This document shows positions 34,666-38,715 of a DNA stretch of 38,715 bases, in pieces. The DNA is from Candidatus Kuenenbacteria bacterium CG10_big_fil_rev_8_21_14_0_10_36_11 (GTDB lineage Bacteria; Patescibacteriota; Patescibacteriia; UBA2196), in the NCBI GenBank assembly GCA_002778535.1, contig PFBP01000039.1:5695-44409 (forward strand), written 5' to 3'. Position 1 is the stretch's first letter, and every line of letters starts with the position of its first letter. The notes below the pieces were generated by a model, which did not search any database, had not been told where the DNA came from, and was given only the letters and a program-made list of their open reading frames with translations. Made by a program: the position numbers and the translations under genes.

Positions 34666-35616
34666 ATGCCAGACAATATTATTAAAATTCTTAATGTTAA
34701 AATAAATGCTTTGGCCAAAGCAGAGATTTTGGAGCGGATAAAAAATTTACTACTTTCAGAATCGTTTGAACAATGCCAATTAGTTACCACTAACCCGGAA
34801 TTTATTATTTCAGCGCAAAAGGACGAGGAATTTAAAAATATTATTAATAATTCATGGCTTTCAGTAGCAGATGGTTATGGAATTCGGCTGGCAGCAAAAT
34901 ATAATTCAGAAATTCAGAAATTGAGAAATTTAGAAATTAAGGGAAATAACCCAATAATTATGTCATCCTCGCGAAAGCGAGGATCCCGTGGAATTTTATG
35001 TGGTTTATTTTTTGGCCTTAAAATCGCTTGGTGGGGAATATTGAAAAAGGACGAGAAATTAGATATAATTAAAGAAACAATTACTGGCACTGATTTGATA
35101 CCTGAAATAGCTGGAATTATGAATTATGAATTAGGAATCATGAATAAAAAGGTTTTTCTCCTTGGTGGTTATGGAGATGTGCCGCGACTGGCGGCGGAAA
35201 AATTGCAATCAATTTATTCTGTAGGGGCAATTCATGGATTGTCCCCACAGGACCGTGTATATATTTCCAATAATACGCCCTTACAAATTAAATACGCACC
35301 GTTTGAGGTAAATAACATTATTGAAAAAATAAATCTTTTTCAGCCAGCGGTTTTATTTGTTGCCCTGAATCACCCGCGGGCGCAGAAATGGATTAATGAA
35401 AATTTACAAAAAATGCCGTCAGTAAAATTGGCGATTGGTGTTGGCGGCGCGTTTGATTATATTTCTGGAAAAATAAAAAGAGCCCCCAAAAATTGGCAAG
35501 GATCGTTTGAATGGCTGTATCGTCTTTTCTACCAGCCGAAAAGATGGAAAAGAATTTGGCAGGCAAGTATAGTGTTTCCATGGGGAGTGTTTAGAAGAGT
35601 TATTTATAAAAATTAA
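34666..35616 (+). CDS. tagA: WecB/TagA/CpsF-family (GT26) glycosyltransferase carrying four in-frame repeat insertions
   Basis: Family blocks VTTNPEFI, ADGYGI, ITGTDL, VFLLGG, PRAQKW, IGVGGAFDYISGKIKRAP and EWLYRL are all present in order. ATG 34666 follows GGAG and a TGgTATAAT element. Confidence 0.8.
   Translation: MPDNIIKILNVKINALAKAEILERIKNLLLSESFEQCQLVTTNPEFIISAQKDEEFKNIINNSWLSVADGYGIRLAAKYNSEIQKLRNLEIKGNNPIIMSSSRKRGSRGILCGLFFGLKIAWWGILKKDEKLDIIKETITGTDLIPEIAGIMNYELGIMNKKVFLLGGYGDVPRLAAEKLQSIYSVGAIHGLSPQDRVYISNNTPLQIKYAPFEVNNIIEKINLFQPAVLFVALNHPRAQKWINENLQKMPSVKLAIGVGGAFDYISGKIKRAPKNWQGSFEWLYRLFYQPKRWKRIWQASIVFPWGVFRRVIYKN
34903..34942. repeat. 8-nt-period array (aattcaga x5, degenerating) inside tagA
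   Basis: aattcaga aattcaga aattgaga aatttaga aattaagg, translated NSEIQKLRNLEIKG. Confidence 0.75.
34960..34994. repeat. Family A hairpin inside tagA (atGTCATCCTCGCgaaaGCGAGGATCCcgtggaat)
   Basis: Perfect stem CCTCGC/GCGAGG with the family's GTCATCC / GGATCC ends. Translated MSSSRKRGSRG. Confidence 0.8.
35114..35148. repeat. 7-nt-period array (gaattat x2, gaattag, gaatcat, gaataaa) inside tagA
   Basis: Translated IMNYELGIMNK, immediately before the conserved VFLLGG block. Confidence 0.75.
35221..35248. repeat. Palindrome family C, degenerate copy inside tagA
   Basis: GTAGGGGCAATTCATGGATTGTCCCCAC differs at 3 positions from the perfect copy at 37854. Translated VGAIHGLSP. Confidence 0.75.
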
Positions 35617-35625
35617 ATCTAAATT

Positions 35626-36478
35626 ATGAAAGATCAAAATGACAATATAAATATAAAAATAGTGATTGGGGATAGTAGAAAAATGGACGCAGTGAAAAAT
35701 AACAGCGTGAATTTAATTATAACTTCGCCGCCGTATTTTAATGCTAAAGAATATAGTAAAGATTATTCCGGTAAGGATTTGGGCAATATTGATGATTATG
35801 AATTATGGAAAAAAGAGATAAAAAAAGTTTGGAAAGAATGTTTTAGAGTATTACAGCCTGGCAGAAAAATGTTTATAAATATAATGAACTTGCCATTATC
35901 TAATGAAAATAATAATGGCAATGGTTTTAGAACACTTAATATTGTAGGTCATATTATTGATATGTGCGAGGAGATTGGTTTTATTTTTAAAAGAGAAATT
36001 ATCTGGCATAAAACAAATGGAGTGAGAGCTAATTTTGGCACTTATCCATATCCGGGTGGCATACTTATAAATAATATGCATGAGCAAATTTTAGAATTTG
36101 ATAAACCAAATGGCAATGGCTCAAAATATGAGCATCTTTCAAAAGAAATAAAAGAGGCCTCCAAATTAACAAAAATTTTTTGGTTAAGTTTAAAAAATTC
36201 TGATGTTTGGTTAATGAAACCATATAAAAGCGGTTCACGGGAAACATCTGGCGCCGTTTCCTTTGGAATTGCCGTTGCGTCTCATAAAAGCATATTCTTA
36301 TATTTCAGAAATTATATTAGATCCTTTTGGTGGTATGGGCACGACGGCCAAGGCAGCTATACGAGAAAAAAGAAGTTGTATTATTTATGAAATAAATAAA
36401 GATTTCTTACCTTTAATTAAAAATAATTTAAATGACACTTTATTTGATAATTCAATTATAGAGGTCATTTATAAATAA
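35626..36478 (+). pseudogene. Beta-class SPPY DNA methyltransferase interrupted by a +1 frameshift
   Basis: Frame 1 (35626..36390) carries IITSPPYFNAKEY and SDVWLMKP. Frame 2 (open from 36218, track ORF 36263..36478) carries HLAPFPLELPLRLI and ILDPFGGMGTT. The frame switch must lie within 36223..36244. Confidence 0.7.
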
Positions 36479-36482
36479 AAAT

Positions 36483-37382
36483 ATGGATGGCAAAACAACT
36501 TATGCACAATCAAGCGATATAAAATCAAGAACCTATTTAGAATATCGCAAGGATATGAAGAAAAAAGTAATTGTTGAGCTGGAACTTTTATCTTGGCTGC
36601 AAAGAGTAGTAAAAAGCGATTTTGATGATAAAACTGCCAAAATTAAAAAGGGCGGCGGAGATGCTTTTATTTGGTTTTTAAGAAAAGGTGGTATCACAAG
36701 AGAGCCAGATTATGAAGTGTTTGGAAAAAATAATTTTAAAATAGAATTGCAGTATGGTCAGGAAATAAATAAAAAAAGCATTTCTGAGGATTTAGAAAAA
36801 ATATGGAAAATCATTAACTTTAAATTGCAGGTTTTGGATTTTCAACACCAACTGATAGACATTACCAAAGACCGTTTATCTTTTTTATTACAACAGGTTG
36901 TTGATGAAGAAAAGATTGTTAGTATTATACCCAATAATTTAGAAAGCTTTTTTAGAATTTGTTTTATTTTAGATAATATAAATAAAATTCCAAAAAATTC
37001 CAGCCTCTGGTTAATTTATTTATTAAGTTTTATTTCTAAAAAAACCACTACGGAAGAATTATATAAAATTTTATATTGCATTGATTTTCTTTATTCAAAA
37101 ATAGAATTAAAGAAAAATGAATTAGACAAATTGGTAGAAGCCACCATGAGTTGTCAAAAATTATTAAGTAAATATGAACAAAACAATGGCATTTATAAGT
37201 CAAATATAAAAATTTCGCCAATAGATGAAATTAGATATGCTTTATTTTCCATAAATTTATTAGAAGATTTAACACAAGACATAATTCATTATTATAAAAT
37301 AGATAAATTATCTCCAATACAAAAAATTTATCAAACAATCAATGATTTAGAAAAAATAATTAAACACATAAATAATCAATAA
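36483..37382 (+). CDS. Putative cognate restriction endonuclease (PD...E-x-Q variant), otherwise uncharacterised
   Basis: Starts 4 nt after the methylase stop. VELELL...REPDYEVFGKNNFKIELQYG fits E / PD / ExQ spacing. The C-terminal 200 aa are helical and low-complexity. Confidence 0.35.
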   Translation: MDGKTTYAQSSDIKSRTYLEYRKDMKKKVIVELELLSWLQRVVKSDFDDKTAKIKKGGGDAFIWFLRKGGITREPDYEVFGKNNFKIELQYGQEINKKSISEDLEKIWKIINFKLQVLDFQHQLIDITKDRLSFLLQQVVDEEKIVSIIPNNLESFFRICFILDNINKIPKNSSLWLIYLLSFISKKTTTEELYKILYCIDFLYSKIELKKNELDKLVEATMSCQKLLSKYEQNNGIYKSNIKISPIDEIRYALFSINLLEDLTQDIIHYYKIDKLSPIQKIYQTINDLEKIIKHINNQ

Positions 37383-37397
37383 AGTTGGTTTATTTTT

Positions 37398-38715
37398 ATG
37401 TCTCATAAATCAATTAAAACCCGTTTTGCTCCGAGCCCGACCGGTGATTTGCATATTGGCGGTTTGCGCACCGCGCTTTTTGCTTATCTTTTTGCCAAAA
37501 AAAATAATGGCCAATTTTTTTTGCGCATTGAGGACACCGACCAAGATCGCTACAAAGAGGGGAGTGTGGAATCAATTTTAGAGGGCTTAAAATGGGCTGG
37601 GCTTAAATATGATAATGAAATAATTTACCAGTCAAAGCGTACGGAAGTTTATCAAAAATATGCCGCTGAATTGATTGAAAAAGGCCATGCTTATTATTGT
37701 TTTTGCACTCCAGAGGATTTAGAAAAAATGCGCACTGAACAAAGCGCTGACGGCCAAACAGCCACCCGTTATGACCGCCGCTGTTTGAAATTATCAAAAG
37801 AAGCAGTGGCAGAAAAATTAAAATCACAAATTCCTCATGTGATTCGATTAAATGTAGGGGCAATTCATGAATTGCCCCTACAACAGAATGGCGGAATCAT
37901 TTCTTTTAATGATCTGGTTCGTGGCAAAATTGAATTTAATCTTAAAGACATTGACGACCAAGTCCTTTTAAAATCCGACGGTTTTCCCACTTATCATTTA
38001 GCCAATGTGGTTGACGATCACGAAATGGAAATTACGCATGTGATCCGCGCAGAAGAATGGCTGCCTTCCACGCCCAAGCACATTATTTTGTATAATATGT
38101 TCGGCTGGCAGATTCCCAAATTCGCCCATCTGTCAATGATTTTAGCGCCGGATAAATCCAAACTTTCCAAGCGCCATGGCGCTACCTCGGTTTTAGAATT
38201 TAAAAATCTTGGCTACTTGCCCGAAGCAGTTGTGAACTACATCGCGCTTTTGGGCTGGAATCCTGGCACTGAACAGGAAATTTTTTCACTCAAAGAATTG
38301 AAACAGGCCTTTGATTTGGAAAAGGTCAACAAAGCCGGCGCGATTTTTGACATTGAAAAATTAAACTGGTTGAATGGATATTATATTCGGCAGAAAAATT
38401 TGGACGAACTAACAGAATTATGTCTGCCATATTTGAATACAGAAAACACAGAAAACAAAAAAACACAGAAAACACAATCTGAATATTTAAAAAAAGTCGT
38501 AGCTTTGGAACAAGAAAGATTAAAAAAAATAAGTGACATTGGGGAGCGCACCAAATACTTTTTCCAGCGTCCCGAGTTTGATCCGAAAATGCTGATCTGG
38601 CGGAAGTCTACCCTGGCTGATGCAAAAGAAAAATTGCAATTTTTAGCCGCTGAACTAGAAAAAGTGCCTGATGAAAACTGGACAAGAAGCGCTTTAGAAC
38701 AATTTATCAAAGGAT
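37398..38715 (+). CDS. gltX: Glutamyl-tRNA synthetase, 3' end beyond the window
   Basis: Manual translation from ATG 37398: MSHKSIKTRFAPSPTGDLHIGGLRTALFAYLFAKK...FLRIEDTDQDR. It has the HIGG motif and KLSKRHG (KMSKS-type). It is not in the ORF track because no stop is reached. Confidence 0.9.
   Translation, partial: MSHKSIKTRFAPSPTGDLHIGGLRTALFAYLFAKKNNGQFFLRIEDTDQDRYKEGSVESILEGLKWAGLKYDNEIIYQSKRTEVYQKYAAELIEKGHAYYCFCTPEDLEKMRTEQSADGQTATRYDRRCLKLSKEAVAEKLKSQIPHVIRLNVGAIHELPLQQNGGIISFNDLVRGKIEFNLKDIDDQVLLKSDGFPTYHLANVVDDHEMEITHVIRAEEWLPSTPKHIILYNMFGWQIPKFAHLSMILAPDKSKLSKRHGATSVLEFKNLGYLPEAVVNYIALLGWNPGTEQEIFSLKELKQAFDLEKVNKAGAIFDIEKLNWLNGYYIRQKNLDELTELCLPYLNTENTENKKTQKTQSEYLKKVVALEQERLKKISDIGERTKYFFQRPEFDPKMLIWRKSTLADAKEKLQFLAAELEKVPDENWTRSALEQFIKG
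37854..37881. repeat. Palindrome family C, perfect 28-mer GTAGGGGCAATTCATGAATTGCCCCTAC inside gltX
   Basis: Perfect palindrome, codon-aligned, translated VGAIHELPL. Confidence 0.9.
38439..38476. repeat. 9-nt-period array (acagaaaac) inside gltX
   Basis: acagaaaac acagaaaac aaaaaaac acagaaaac aca, translated TENTENKKTQKTQ. Confidence 0.75.

Noticed and set aside
1577-34994. Whether the recurring roughly 30-nt hairpin repeats form a CRISPR array.
   Set aside because: The copies are kilobases apart, occur in both orientations, have variable stems and lack regularly sized spacers. No cas genes are present.
36223-36244. The methylase frameshift as programmed frameshifting or homopolymer phase variation.
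   Set aside because: The switch window has no slippery heptamer that I can recognise, and no tract longer than A4. A mutation or a consensus error is more likely.

Overview
This is a visibly AT-rich bacterial chromosome segment, coded almost entirely on the + strand (only 27922..31693 is on the - strand). It uses the standard code: TGA ends greA and the GT2-GT4 gene at family-typical C-termini. Gene content (DUF4012, many GT-C membrane proteins, small orphan proteins) and the repeat content suggest a small-genome CPR/Patescibacteria-like organism; that placement is inference only. The housekeeping backbone is sppA, PBP2 (mrdA), greA, tRNA-Gln(CUG), dedA, typA/bipA, uvrD/pcrA and gltX (3' end runs off the window). 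A long envelope-glycan locus spans 22179..35616: GT2, DUF2304, a GT2-GT4 fusion, GT4, two or three GT-C-like membrane proteins, DUF4012 and tagA/wecG. An FG-GAP surface protein lies upstream of it. Three AT-richer restriction-modification modules sit between housekeeping genes. The first (6280..9164, next to the tRNA) is a BcgI-like nuclease-methylase plus specificity subunit. The second (12671..14645) is a beta-class SPPY methylase plus a PD-(D/E)xK-like protein whose core is split by three zinc ribbons. The third (35626..37382) is a frameshifted SPPY methylase plus an intact putative E-x-Q nuclease. An AbiEi/AbiEii toxin-antitoxin pair lies at 17606..19079. The most unusual signal is several co-existing families of mini-repeats: two palindrome families, a GTCATCC...GGATCC hairpin family, and 7/8/9-nt-period arrays. 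These occur in intergenic regions and also in frame inside intact genes, including essential gltX, tagA and a 728-aa membrane protein. That membrane protein also carries a 31/32-nt inverted repeat flanking 526 bp. No CRISPR array, rRNA, transposase or integrase was seen. All functional calls rest on motifs read by eye; no database search was possible.
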